64,000 bases of DNA from an uncultured Gammaproteobacteria bacterium. Lineage in GTDB: Bacteria > Patescibacteriota > Microgenomatia > UBA1406 > HO2-37-13b. A program made the translations under genes and the position numbers. The notes below the pieces were generated by a model. It did not search any database. It was not told the DNA's origin and saw only the letters and a program-made list of their open reading frames with translations. Position 1 is the first letter of the stretch; every line of letters starts with the position of its first letter. Positions 1 through 8,619 of this stretch are shown here, in pieces. The DNA is taken from positions 4,280-68,279 of the forward strand of contig CAYQYZ010000003.1 of NCBI GenBank assembly GCA_964422025.1, read 5' to 3'.

Positions 1-1
1 C

Positions 2-583
2 ACACAGGCAATTGTAAAATCCTTTCATAATGTGAAATTAGTAATTGCCGATAAGCCAGTTGGAAATCAGCGAACACGAGGAGGGGAGTTGGCCAAAGGA
101 GATATGATTCTTTTTTTAGATGCTGATGTAAGACTAGATTCTCATTTTATAAAAGCTTCATTGCAAGAAATGGCGCAAAGGAAATTATCCGTTGCCTGCC
201 CATTGTATATTCCATATCCAGGCTCATATACTATTAATCTCTTTTACAAATTTTTCAATGCACTATTTAAGTTTTCCGAAAAAACTCTGCCATCTGGGGC
301 AGGTTCAGGCATTTTTGTTTCAAAAAAAATATTCGATGCATGTGGAGGGTTTGATAGTTCTCTTACTTTTGACGACATAAAATTTATAAGAACCGCAGGT
401 AAAATAGGATCTTTTGGAATGCTTCATACATCTATTAAAGTTTCAGATAGACGAATTAGAATGTACGGACTTGTGCGAATTATTATTATATATTTATTTC
501 TCTCAATCTCATTTCTTTTCGGCTTGTATCGACTTACAAATTATGCTCCATATGCATTTGGAATGTTTCGAAGAAGCAAATGA
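2..583 (+). CDS. glycosyltransferase family 2 protein (5' end cut by window edge)
   Basis: The frame is open from the window start. It contains a GT-A-like segment GDMILFLDADVRLD and a hydrophobic C-terminal segment. Confidence 0.6.
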   Translation, partial: TQAIVKSFHNVKLVIADKPVGNQRTRGGELAKGDMILFLDADVRLDSHFIKASLQEMAQRKLSVACPLYIPYPGSYTINLFYKFFNALFKFSEKTLPSGAGSGIFVSKKIFDACGGFDSSLTFDDIKFIRTAGKIGSFGMLHTSIKVSDRRIRMYGLVRIIIIYLFLSISFLFGLYRLTNYAPYAFGMFRRSK

Positions 584-607
584 AGAAATTGCATAAAACA
601 TGTAACT

Positions 608-1666
608 ATGAAATTATTTAATCAATACCAAATCCAACAGCGGGAATTGCTCCATAATCACCTACTTGCGTTATTTGAATCGCAGAATAAAGAAGTCCAT
701 GACGAACTTTCAAAACAGGTACTTGAAAGAATAAAAGATTTTACGACAAGCGGCAAAATGCTTCGAGGAATATTTGTACTACTATCGTATGAAATGTTTG
801 GTGGAGTAATTAATAAAAATATTCTTAATGTAGCAGCTGTTATGGAACTTAGCCAGGCCGCATTACTCATTCACGACGACATCATGGATAACGATACGGT
901 CCGAAGAGGCAGGCGAACAATGTATGCCGAATATATGAACGATGCCCGTGTTCAAAATATTGAAAATCCAGAAGAGTATGGCAAATCTATGGCCATGATT
1001 GTCGCAGATTTGTCATTGTTTTTAACATACGATCTTATTGGATCATTGAATATTCCAATTTCAATCATGTCTCAAGTTATGAAAATATATTCAAAAGAAA
1101 TGCTTAAAGTTGGGCGAGGACAATTTATGGACTACCATTTCGGCAAAACCCCCGATTTTCGTTCAGAAGCTGATATTACTCTTATGTATCAACTAAAAAC
1201 GGGCAGTTATACTTTTTCTTTACCATTTATTTTAGGAGCCTTAATGGCTCGCGCTTCAAAAAAAGACCGTGAAGTTCTTGAAAAAATTACAACCTTTTTA
1301 GGCATAATATTCCAAATTAAAGATGATGAACTTGGACTTTTTGGTAAAACTGAAGATACCGGAAAAAGCCCAGGGGCCGACCTTCAAGAGAATAAAAAAA
1401 CACTTCATATTGCTATGCTTTTGACTAAAGCTAGTGAATCTGAAAAGGAAAAAATTAAGAACATTCTCGGTAAACCAGTGTCTCAAGAAGATGTTGATTA
1501 TGTTTACTCGCTAATGAATTCGTATGGAATCCTTGAAGAAATTGAATTGAAAGTAAGTACCATTTCACATAAAGCAAATGAAGGTCTTATGGAGCTTTCC
1601 CTACACGCTCCATTCCATCAACTTTTTCAAGAACTGATCATATATAATGCCAAACGAGAGCGGTAA
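608..1666 (+). CDS. polyprenyl (trans-isoprenyl) diphosphate synthase
   Basis: 352 aa with both Asp-rich motifs of the family: LIHDDIMDND and FQIKDDELG. Confidence 0.85.
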   Translation: MKLFNQYQIQQRELLHNHLLALFESQNKEVHDELSKQVLERIKDFTTSGKMLRGIFVLLSYEMFGGVINKNILNVAAVMELSQAALLIHDDIMDNDTVRRGRRTMYAEYMNDARVQNIENPEEYGKSMAMIVADLSLFLTYDLIGSLNIPISIMSQVMKIYSKEMLKVGRGQFMDYHFGKTPDFRSEADITLMYQLKTGSYTFSLPFILGALMARASKKDREVLEKITTFLGIIFQIKDDELGLFGKTEDTGKSPGADLQENKKTLHIAMLLTKASESEKEKIKNILGKPVSQEDVDYVYSLMNSYGILEEIELKVSTISHKANEGLMELSLHAPFHQLFQELIIYNAKRER

Positions 1667-1840
1667 CGGTCCAAACGGTCTAAACGGTCACCCTGAACTA
1701 GTTTCAGGGTCCTATTCATTCACCGTTCCCAGAGCCTCACAAGGCTCTACTCACCGTTTCCACCGTTTAACGATTACCCAACCGTTCATTTTGTGCCTAT
1801 TTACGCACCCGTTCAACCGTTGTAACCGTTTGGAAACGGT
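1661..1840. repeat. iteron-like array of AACGGT / ACCGTT hexamers with 9-bp phasing
   Basis: AACGGT occurs at 1665, 1674, 1683 and 1835. ACCGTT occurs at 1722, 1753, 1762, 1781, 1816 and 1825, with a near copy CCCGTT at 1808. An inverted pair ACCGTTT-gg-AAACGGT lies at 1825-1840. Confidence 0.8.
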
Positions 1841-1905
1841 ACCTCTGTCATTCCGAGCGAAGCGAGGAATCTCAGCCCTGTCATCCTGAACTTGTTTCAG
1901 GATCC
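1687..1905. repeat. cluster of short palindromic (REP/MITE-like) hairpin repeats
   Basis: GTCACCCTGAACTAGTTTCAGGGTCC (1687-1712) and GTCATCCTGAACTTGTTTCAGGATCC (1880-1905) share an 8-bp stem and 5-nt loop and differ by a compensatory stem change. AGAGCC-tcacaa-GGCTCT lies at 1731-1748. GTCATTCCGAGCGAAGCGAGGAATCTC lies at 1847-1873. Confidence 0.75.
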
Positions 1906-1949
1906 CAAATCTACATATGTCATTTTAGCTCATTTACATACGCTGGAAG

Positions 1950-1958
1950 TGGTAGAAT
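1950..1958 (+). promoter_or_regulatory. extended -10 element (TGgTAGAAT) of the R-M operon
   Basis: TGGTAGAAT directly abuts ATG 1959, and a second ATG at 1965 lies 6 nt after the hexamer. The same module TAGAAT-ATG-NNN-ATG recurs at 13520-13534. Confidence 0.45.
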
Positions 1959-4493
1959 ATGGCTATGCAGAAAGAGGCAAAATCACGAGTAAAAATAAAT
2001 AAACTTCTCGAAGAATCAGGGTGGCATTTTGAAGATTCCGAAAATGGCAGAGCAAATATACAACTTGAGCCAGGCGTAAAATATTCACAGCTTGGAGATG
2101 ACTTTGAAAACGAAGTTCACGGATTTATCGATTTTCTTCTTCTTGATAAAGACGGACGGGCACTTGTGGTGGTTGAGGCCAAGAAAGAATCTGTTGATCC
2201 ACTTTCAGCCAAGGAACAAGCCAGAAACTACGCTCGCAACGCCGGGGCTCGTTTCGTCATTCTCTCAAACGGCAATATCCATTATTTTTGGGATACAAAA
2301 CACGGAAACCCCGACACCATTTCCCGTTTTCCAACGCAGGATTCCATTACTCAATATGAAAAATACACTCCGAATCCTCTTGAACTTGCACAAACGGTCG
2401 TTGATGAAAATTATATTGTTTCAACACAAATTCCAACCTTCGCCACAGATCCAGCATTTCAAAACGAAGCAACGCGCGTAGAATATTTGAAAAATAATAA
2501 ACTAAAACAACTCCGTCCGTATCAGGTACAGGCAATCAAGGCGCTTCAAGAATCTGCCCAAGGCGGAAGTCAAAGGTTTTTATTTGAAATGGCAACTGGA
2601 ACAGGAAAAACTCTCATTTCTGCAGCTGTCATAAAACTGTTTCTCAAATCCGGCAACGCGCGTCGTGTGCTTTTCCTCGTTGATCGCCTTGAACTAGAAG
2701 ATCAGGCACAAAAAGCGTTTGTCCAATATCTCGGCAAGGATTATCGAAGTGTTATCTATAAAGAAAACAAAGATTCGTGGGCAAATGCTAGTGTCGTTGT
2801 CTCAACTATTCAGACATTTCTCGCAGGCGATCGTTATAAAAAAGAATTTTCGCCAACTGATTTTGAACTTGTTATTTCAGACGAAGCTCATCGTTCTATC
2901 GGTGGCAACAGTCGCGCCGTTTTTGAATATTTTGTTGGTTACAAACTCGGACTTACTGCTACGCCAAAAAATTATTTGCGAGGATTTGACGCAGAAGGCG
3001 CAGATAGTCAAAGAGAATACGAACGTCGACTTTTGATTGATACCTACAAAACTTTTGGATGTGAAGCTGGTAATCCGACTTTTTCCTATGATCTAGAAAA
3101 GGGTGCGGAGGAAGGTTATCTCATCAAACCAACTCTTGTCGATGCGCGCACAAACATTACAACCGAACTTCTCTCGGAAGAAGGATATGCCGTCCACACG
3201 CTCACTGAAAGCGGAGAAACTATCGACGAAACTTTTAATGAAAAGCATTTTGAACGTAAAATTTTCAATGAAGAAACCAATATCGCTATGTGTAAGGCGC
3301 TTATCGACAACGGATTATTTGATCCTGTCGCCAAGCAACTTGGCGTAGATCTTTTTGGAAAAACTATTGTCTTTGCTGTATCTCAAAAACACGCCGCTCG
3401 ACTAACAAATATCTTAAATAAAATCGCTTTTGAAAAATGGCCAGAGCAATACAGCGAATCAAATTTTGCAATGCAAGTTTCTTCGCAAGTTGCAGACGCT
3501 CAGCAAATGACAATAAATTTTGCTAACAATCGCCTTGGCGGACAGGCAAATTCGCCCGAGGGCTACGACACAAGCAAAACACGCGTTGCTGTGACTGTCG
3601 GAATGATGACAACTGGTTACGATTGCCAGGACTTACTCAACATCGCCCTCATGCGTCCTATTTTCTCGCCAACTGATTTCGTGCAGATAAAGGGAAGAGG
3701 TACTAGAAGATACCTATTTGAATATAATGATTACGTTAACGAGCCTTTGAGCGAATCAAAAGAAAAGTTTAAGTTTTTTGATTTTTTTGCGACCTGTGAA
3801 TACTTCGAAAGTGAATTTGAATACGATGAAAAGATTAAGCTTCCTACTCATACTGCACCACCAAGTGGTCCCGGAAAAAATGATCCTATGGGGGATCCTC
3901 CACCAGAATCATTCAAGGGTCCAATAGATCTATCCACCAACGACGAACTTGCTACAATCTCTGAAACTCCCGAAGGTGTGATTATGCGTATTGACCGCGA
4001 AGGCTTCAAGCGTGCTGTAGAGGAAGATGTATTCCGCAATGAAACACTCAAAAATTTGTGGGAGAACGGCAACGCCGAAGAAGCCGAAGACTTTGCCAAA
4101 AAGGAGATCTTTGATCGACCGAAATACTTCCTTAATCTCGATAAAATCCGCAAAATCTTCAATGTTGACCGTCGCATTACCGTTAAAGAATTTTTGCAGG
4201 TAGCTTTTGGTGACAAAGAAACATTTGAAATGAAAGATGAGCTTCTGGAGTCAGAATGGGAAAAGTTTATGGAGGTGAATCCGGTGGACCAAGCGCACTA
4301 CGCACCTGTCAAAATGTTTTTCAAAGCGTATGTAATGGACAAAGATGTGCGCGAAATCATCGCCAGCCGTCAAACTGGTCGCTTCAACACGGAATCATCG
4401 TTCCATTTTGACGAATATCAACAGCTCAACGGATTTAAAACAATCGTTCCGCAATATGTCCGTGATTATGCTTATCATTTAACGAACCTATAA
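1959..4493 (+). CDS. hsdR: type I restriction enzyme R subunit-like protein (N-terminal nuclease domain + SF2 helicase + EcoEI_R_C-like tail)
   Basis: N-terminal FIDFLLLDKDGRALVVVEAKKE is a D...EAK nuclease motif. Helicase motifs are present: MATGTGKT, VISDEAHRS, LGLTATP, QIKGRGTR. The start may be ATG 1965 if the transcript is leaderless. Confidence 0.85.
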   Translation: MAMQKEAKSRVKINKLLEESGWHFEDSENGRANIQLEPGVKYSQLGDDFENEVHGFIDFLLLDKDGRALVVVEAKKESVDPLSAKEQARNYARNAGARFVILSNGNIHYFWDTKHGNPDTISRFPTQDSITQYEKYTPNPLELAQTVVDENYIVSTQIPTFATDPAFQNEATRVEYLKNNKLKQLRPYQVQAIKALQESAQGGSQRFLFEMATGTGKTLISAAVIKLFLKSGNARRVLFLVDRLELEDQAQKAFVQYLGKDYRSVIYKENKDSWANASVVVSTIQTFLAGDRYKKEFSPTDFELVISDEAHRSIGGNSRAVFEYFVGYKLGLTATPKNYLRGFDAEGADSQREYERRLLIDTYKTFGCEAGNPTFSYDLEKGAEEGYLIKPTLVDARTNITTELLSEEGYAVHTLTESGETIDETFNEKHFERKIFNEETNIAMCKALIDNGLFDPVAKQLGVDLFGKTIVFAVSQKHAARLTNILNKIAFEKWPEQYSESNFAMQVSSQVADAQQMTINFANNRLGGQANSPEGYDTSKTRVAVTVGMMTTGYDCQDLLNIALMRPIFSPTDFVQIKGRGTRRYLFEYNDYVNEPLSESKEKFKFFDFFATCEYFESEFEYDEKIKLPTHTAPPSGPGKNDPMGDPPPESFKGPIDLSTNDELATISETPEGVIMRIDREGFKRAVEEDVFRNETLKNLWENGNAEEAEDFAKKEIFDRPKYFLNLDKIRKIFNVDRRITVKEFLQVAFGDKETFEMKDELLESEWEKFMEVNPVDQAHYAPVKMFFKAYVMDKDVREIIASRQTGRFNTESSFHFDEYQQLNGFKTIVPQYVRDYAYHLTNL

Positions 4494-4505
4494 AGGAATA
4501 AAATT

Positions 4506-6950
4506 ATGAATACAGATACAAAACGACATATTGATTCCGCTCGCCAAGTGCTGGTTGGCGTAGTGCCAAACCCGACTTCGCAGATCGACCAGATCACCAA
4601 CGCGCTCATCTATAAATTTATGGATGACATGGATCAGGCAGCTATCAAACAAGGCGATGAACCCTCGTTTTTCGTTGATGATTTAGAAAACTACGCCTGG
4701 ACGCGCCTTATGGATCCGCGCATGGGTAATCAAGAGCGCATGAATCTCTATTCCGAGGCGCTTATCAAATTCTCCCAAGCAAAACAACTTCCAGAGCTTT
4801 TCCGCGGGATTTTCAAATCTGCCTTTTTGCCATATCGCTCACCTGAAACGCTCGGACTATTTTTAAAAGAGATTGATTATTTTGACTACTCACATCCCGA
4901 AGAACTTGGCAATGCTTACGAATATCTGCTTTCCATAATGTCGTCCCAAGGCGATGCCGGACAATTCCGCACACCTCGCCATATTATTGACTTCATCGTG
5001 GAAGTTGTGAACCCAACGAAAGACGATAAAGTGTTAGACCCTGCTTGTGGAACAGGCGGATTTTTGGTCAGCTCGTATACACATATTTTGGCACAGCACG
5101 ATGGTAAAGACGACCCAAAGAAAAAAGAAAAGCCACTCACACCCGACGAACGCAAGAAATTGATGGCGAATTTTGAGGGCTATGACATAGACCCGACGAT
5201 GGTGCGTATTGCACAGGTCAATATGTATTTGCACCAATTCAAAAATCCCAAAATTTTTCAATATAATACTCTTGCTGATGAAGGATTTTGGAATGATAAA
5301 TTTGATGTCATTCTTGCTAATCCACCGTTTATGTCTCCGAAGGGAGCGGGAAAGCCACATAGTAAATTCACTATTCCCTCCAGTCGTTCGGAAGTTTTGT
5401 TCGTGGATTACATAATGAATCACCTGCGACCAAAAGGCCGTGCTGGCATCATTGTGCCAGAAGGAATTATCTTTCAATCCAGTACTGGACATAAACAACT
5501 TAGAAAAAACCTCATACAAGATGGTCTCTATGCTGTTGTCAGTTTGCCTTCAGGAGTATTCGCACCATACAGCGGTGTTAAGACCAGTATTTTGCTTTTT
5601 GATATAGAGTTATCAAAACAGAAAAATGATATTTTATTCATTGATATAAAAGACGTTGGTGTTAGTCTTGGGGCAACTCAAAGAGCTATTGATGTAAATG
5701 ATTTAATCCCTGCATTGTTGGTAATAAGATCCTTTCAAAGCGGCGAAACATTTGAACCAAGCAAATTAGCATTCACAACCACTAAACAAGAAATAATTAA
5801 TAACGCCTACGATCTTTCATCTGCCAAATATAGAAAACGAACTATTGTAAATACGGAAAAACCTTTCGTTCTGCTTTCTGATGTGTGTAATATTACAAAA
5901 GGGAAATCATCTAGCACCAAAACAGAAAGTGGGCCATATCCACTTTATTTGACAGCAGAAAATAACAAGTCATCCGACCATTTTGATTTTGATGGTGAAG
6001 GAGTTGCTGTGCCACTAATTTCTGCAACTGGGCATGGTAAGGCAGCAATTAACCGAGTTCACTTTGTGACAGGCAGATTTGCACTGGCTAATTTATTAGC
6101 TTTTCTTGAACCAAGAAATGCACAAGAATTGAGCGCAGAATATCTTTATCATATTTTAGATAGTGCAAAAAATGAAATAGCAAGGCTCATGAAGGGGGCA
6201 GCAAATGTTTCGATGAAAACGAGCGATCTTGAGGTCTTTCAAATCCCACTTCCTTCCATAGAAATCCAAGAGCAAATAGTAGCGGAGCTTAACGGCTACG
6301 CAGGCATCATCGCCGGCGCCAAACAAATCGCCCAAAACTGGAAGCCTAAAATAAATATTGATCCGAATTGGGCGAAGGTGAAGTTGGGGGAAATTGCCGA
6401 TTTTATTGGTGGCTATGCGTTTAAGAGTGAGGAATTAAAAAAAGAAAAATCTAGCGATATAGACTTACCTGTAATTAAAATTGGAAATGTCGGCAGAAAT
6501 GGAAATGTTGAGATCGAGGACGCGCAATATTTTCCAAACAATAAATCACTAGAAAAGTTTATTGTAAATAAAGACGATATTGTTATCGCCATGACTGGTG
6601 CAACCGTTGGGAAAGTTGCTGTTTCTAAATTTGATAATTTACTTCTCAACCAGCGTGTTGGTCTTGTTAGACCAAATGAGCAGCGACTTTCTAAATATTT
6701 TCTAAAGTCAGTTTTATTTTCTAATGAATTTTACGAATACTGTCAGGTGACTGCAGGTGGTGGAGCTCAAGGAAATATTTCCCCAAATCAAATAAAAGAA
6801 TATGAAATTCCTCTCCCATCTCTCGCCATTCAAAAACAAATTGTGGAAAAAATAGAAGCCGAGCGCGCCCTCGTCGAATCCGCTAAAAAACTGATTGATA
6901 TTTACGAACAAAAGGCCAAAGAAACCATTGCTAAACTTTGGAAAGAATAG
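4506..6950 (+). CDS. hsdM: fused type I N6-adenine DNA methyltransferase and specificity subunit (HsdM-HsdS fusion, two TRDs)
   Basis: Carries VLDPACGTGGFL (AdoMet motif I) and ILANPPF (motif IV). The C-terminal half holds two HsdS-type target-recognition regions, each followed by the conserved helix (LPSIEIQEQIVAEL and LPSLAIQKQIVEKIEAE). Confidence 0.85.
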   Translation: MNTDTKRHIDSARQVLVGVVPNPTSQIDQITNALIYKFMDDMDQAAIKQGDEPSFFVDDLENYAWTRLMDPRMGNQERMNLYSEALIKFSQAKQLPELFRGIFKSAFLPYRSPETLGLFLKEIDYFDYSHPEELGNAYEYLLSIMSSQGDAGQFRTPRHIIDFIVEVVNPTKDDKVLDPACGTGGFLVSSYTHILAQHDGKDDPKKKEKPLTPDERKKLMANFEGYDIDPTMVRIAQVNMYLHQFKNPKIFQYNTLADEGFWNDKFDVILANPPFMSPKGAGKPHSKFTIPSSRSEVLFVDYIMNHLRPKGRAGIIVPEGIIFQSSTGHKQLRKNLIQDGLYAVVSLPSGVFAPYSGVKTSILLFDIELSKQKNDILFIDIKDVGVSLGATQRAIDVNDLIPALLVIRSFQSGETFEPSKLAFTTTKQEIINNAYDLSSAKYRKRTIVNTEKPFVLLSDVCNITKGKSSSTKTESGPYPLYLTAENNKSSDHFDFDGEGVAVPLISATGHGKAAINRVHFVTGRFALANLLAFLEPRNAQELSAEYLYHILDSAKNEIARLMKGAANVSMKTSDLEVFQIPLPSIEIQEQIVAELNGYAGIIAGAKQIAQNWKPKINIDPNWAKVKLGEIADFIGGYAFKSEELKKEKSSDIDLPVIKIGNVGRNGNVEIEDAQYFPNNKSLEKFIVNKDDIVIAMTGATVGKVAVSKFDNLLLNQRVGLVRPNEQRLSKYFLKSVLFSNEFYEYCQVTAGGGAQGNISPNQIKEYEIPLPSLAIQKQIVEKIEAERALVESAKKLIDIYEQKAKETIAKLWKE

Positions 6951-6952
6951 GT

Positions 6953-7504
6953 ATGAATAATCAAAAAATGCAATTATATTTATGGGAAGGGTTGCATTGG
7001 GATATTGATTATGACATTAACGGTAATCTCTACTCACAAATTCCACTTTGTCCTAAACAGAAGTGTAATTGTAAATTAAAGAAATCCAAAGAGAAATATT
7101 CTATTGGAGAATATAAATATTGTTGTTCAAGGTGTGATTTCAAACTAACCTTAAATAAATCTATAGAGGAAAAAGCTTCAGATCTTTTGGATATTATTGA
7201 ATCTCAAAAATATAAAGATGCCGAAATTATTAATATCGATGGTGAACTTGTAAAAGTACAAAGAGAGCAAATCACAGATTTTGACTACTGGGTAGATGTA
7301 AAGATATCAAAGAATAGAAAAGATGAAGTGCAACTTATGGTACTTGCTGGAAGTAAAAAATTAAAAGACAAAACGCAATTATTTTTAGATCCAAAGAATG
7401 AAAAGGTTTCATTTGATCAGAATAATGACCACCCAACAAAGATTTTTTCAAAAGTTGTAGCAAGGTTTAAAAATTCAAAGATGGAAATTTCAGATGATAA
7501 TTAA
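6953..7504 (+). CDS. hypothetical zinc-ribbon protein, translationally coupled to hsdMS
   Basis: The ATG is 2 nt after the hsdMS stop. The Cys pattern C-x4-C-x-C...CC-x2-C lies at aa 33-61. No family recognised. Confidence 0.6.
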   Translation: MNNQKMQLYLWEGLHWDIDYDINGNLYSQIPLCPKQKCNCKLKKSKEKYSIGEYKYCCSRCDFKLTLNKSIEEKASDLLDIIESQKYKDAEIINIDGELVKVQREQITDFDYWVDVKISKNRKDEVQLMVLAGSKKLKDKTQLFLDPKNEKVSFDQNNDHPTKIFSKVVARFKNSKMEISDDN

Positions 7505-7509
7505 GTTTT

Positions 7510-8319
7510 ATGTATGAAGATGCACAAGAAATTTTTGACTATTTGCCCATCCGCCGAAATCTACCAGAAAACGACTATATCGACCACCTCTGGCAGTCAT
7601 ACACTGCACTAGAAAACAGCGGAAATGATGCTCGTTTTTTCTCAATAATGCCTTTTCATTTACTATTTATGCTAGGCCTTCAATATAAGGTTATTAGACT
7701 TGCAAAATGCCATAAGCAAGCGATAGATCTATTCTTTTCTGGAGTTGGTGGACGAAATAAGAACAAGCTCATTTTAAATCAACGATCAGTTTTTGATATT
7801 GCGTTAATTGGTGAAAAGACACTAATAGACGTATTCCAATTGATCAACCTTCAACAGATTGATATAAAAAGAATCAAGGAGCTAATTGATAAAAGGAACG
7901 ATACTCTTGCACATGCGAAAGGGTCGATTGATCGTGAACCTGAAAAGAGAATTGCTAACTATATAGATTCACTAAGTGTAATTCAGAAGCAGTGCTATCA
8001 GTTAAATCAGGATTTTGTTGAGAGGTTTATAGCTGAAATACAATCAAACGATGACACGGGGTTATTGTTGGACGTTCAGTTTCTTAAGTTGGGATTATGT
8101 CTTCATGATATAGATGACATAATTCAGATAATATTGGAAAGTCAGAAATTAAACATGCCGCATTGGGAACAGATTACAAATCTAGGGCTAGCATTATCAT
8201 ATGATAAAACCATACGAATTCTTCGGGATGTTTCTACTGGGAATTTTAATGAAAAATATAAAATATTGGCTAGGTCAATATTAAGTAAATATGATGATGA
8301 AGATTCTATTATTTTGTAA
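7510..8319 (+). CDS. hypothetical helical protein with HEPN-like RX5H motif
   Basis: Starts 5 nt after the preceding stop. The motif KRNDTLAH (R129...H135, nt 7894-7914) fits the HEPN Rx4-6H signature. The fold assignment is inference. Confidence 0.55.
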   Translation: MYEDAQEIFDYLPIRRNLPENDYIDHLWQSYTALENSGNDARFFSIMPFHLLFMLGLQYKVIRLAKCHKQAIDLFFSGVGGRNKNKLILNQRSVFDIALIGEKTLIDVFQLINLQQIDIKRIKELIDKRNDTLAHAKGSIDREPEKRIANYIDSLSVIQKQCYQLNQDFVERFIAEIQSNDDTGLLLDVQFLKLGLCLHDIDDIIQIILESQKLNMPHWEQITNLGLALSYDKTIRILRDVSTGNFNEKYKILARSILSKYDDEDSIIL

Positions 8320-8619
8320 TCTTACCTCAAATCCTAAGTCGCATCTTGGATAAGTACTCTCTCTGATCGACTATAAAATATACTCTGCGTCCCACCAATC
8401 CATGCTATACTGTTCCCCACATAAATCATACGACAACGTTTTAAAATAATTACTGAAGCATTTGTCAGATTTGGGATTCCATCAGACAAAATCCCATATA
8501 CTAAAGTTGATGAAGTCAATCGAAGACATGTTGATATTGACAGTTTTTCAACAAACTAAGGACTAATAGAATATATATCAATATTTAAAAAATACATTCT
8601 TAGTAAGTAATAGAACAAT

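Noticed and set aside
1647-1889. 80-aa ORF (MPNESGNGPNGLNGHPELVSGS...) in the ORF track
   Set aside because: It is the literal translation of the AACGGT array and the hairpin repeats. It overlaps the end of the polyprenyl synthase gene and has no start context. I treat the region as non-coding repeat DNA.
8334-8519. 61-aa minus-strand ORF in the 300-bp gap after the R-M operon
   Set aside because: It has no recognisable motif, -10 element or SD in front, and it is antisense to the flanking transcription direction. The gap more likely holds the operon terminator and the next promoter. A short hairpin TGGGATT...AATCCCA is present, but on its own it is unconvincing.
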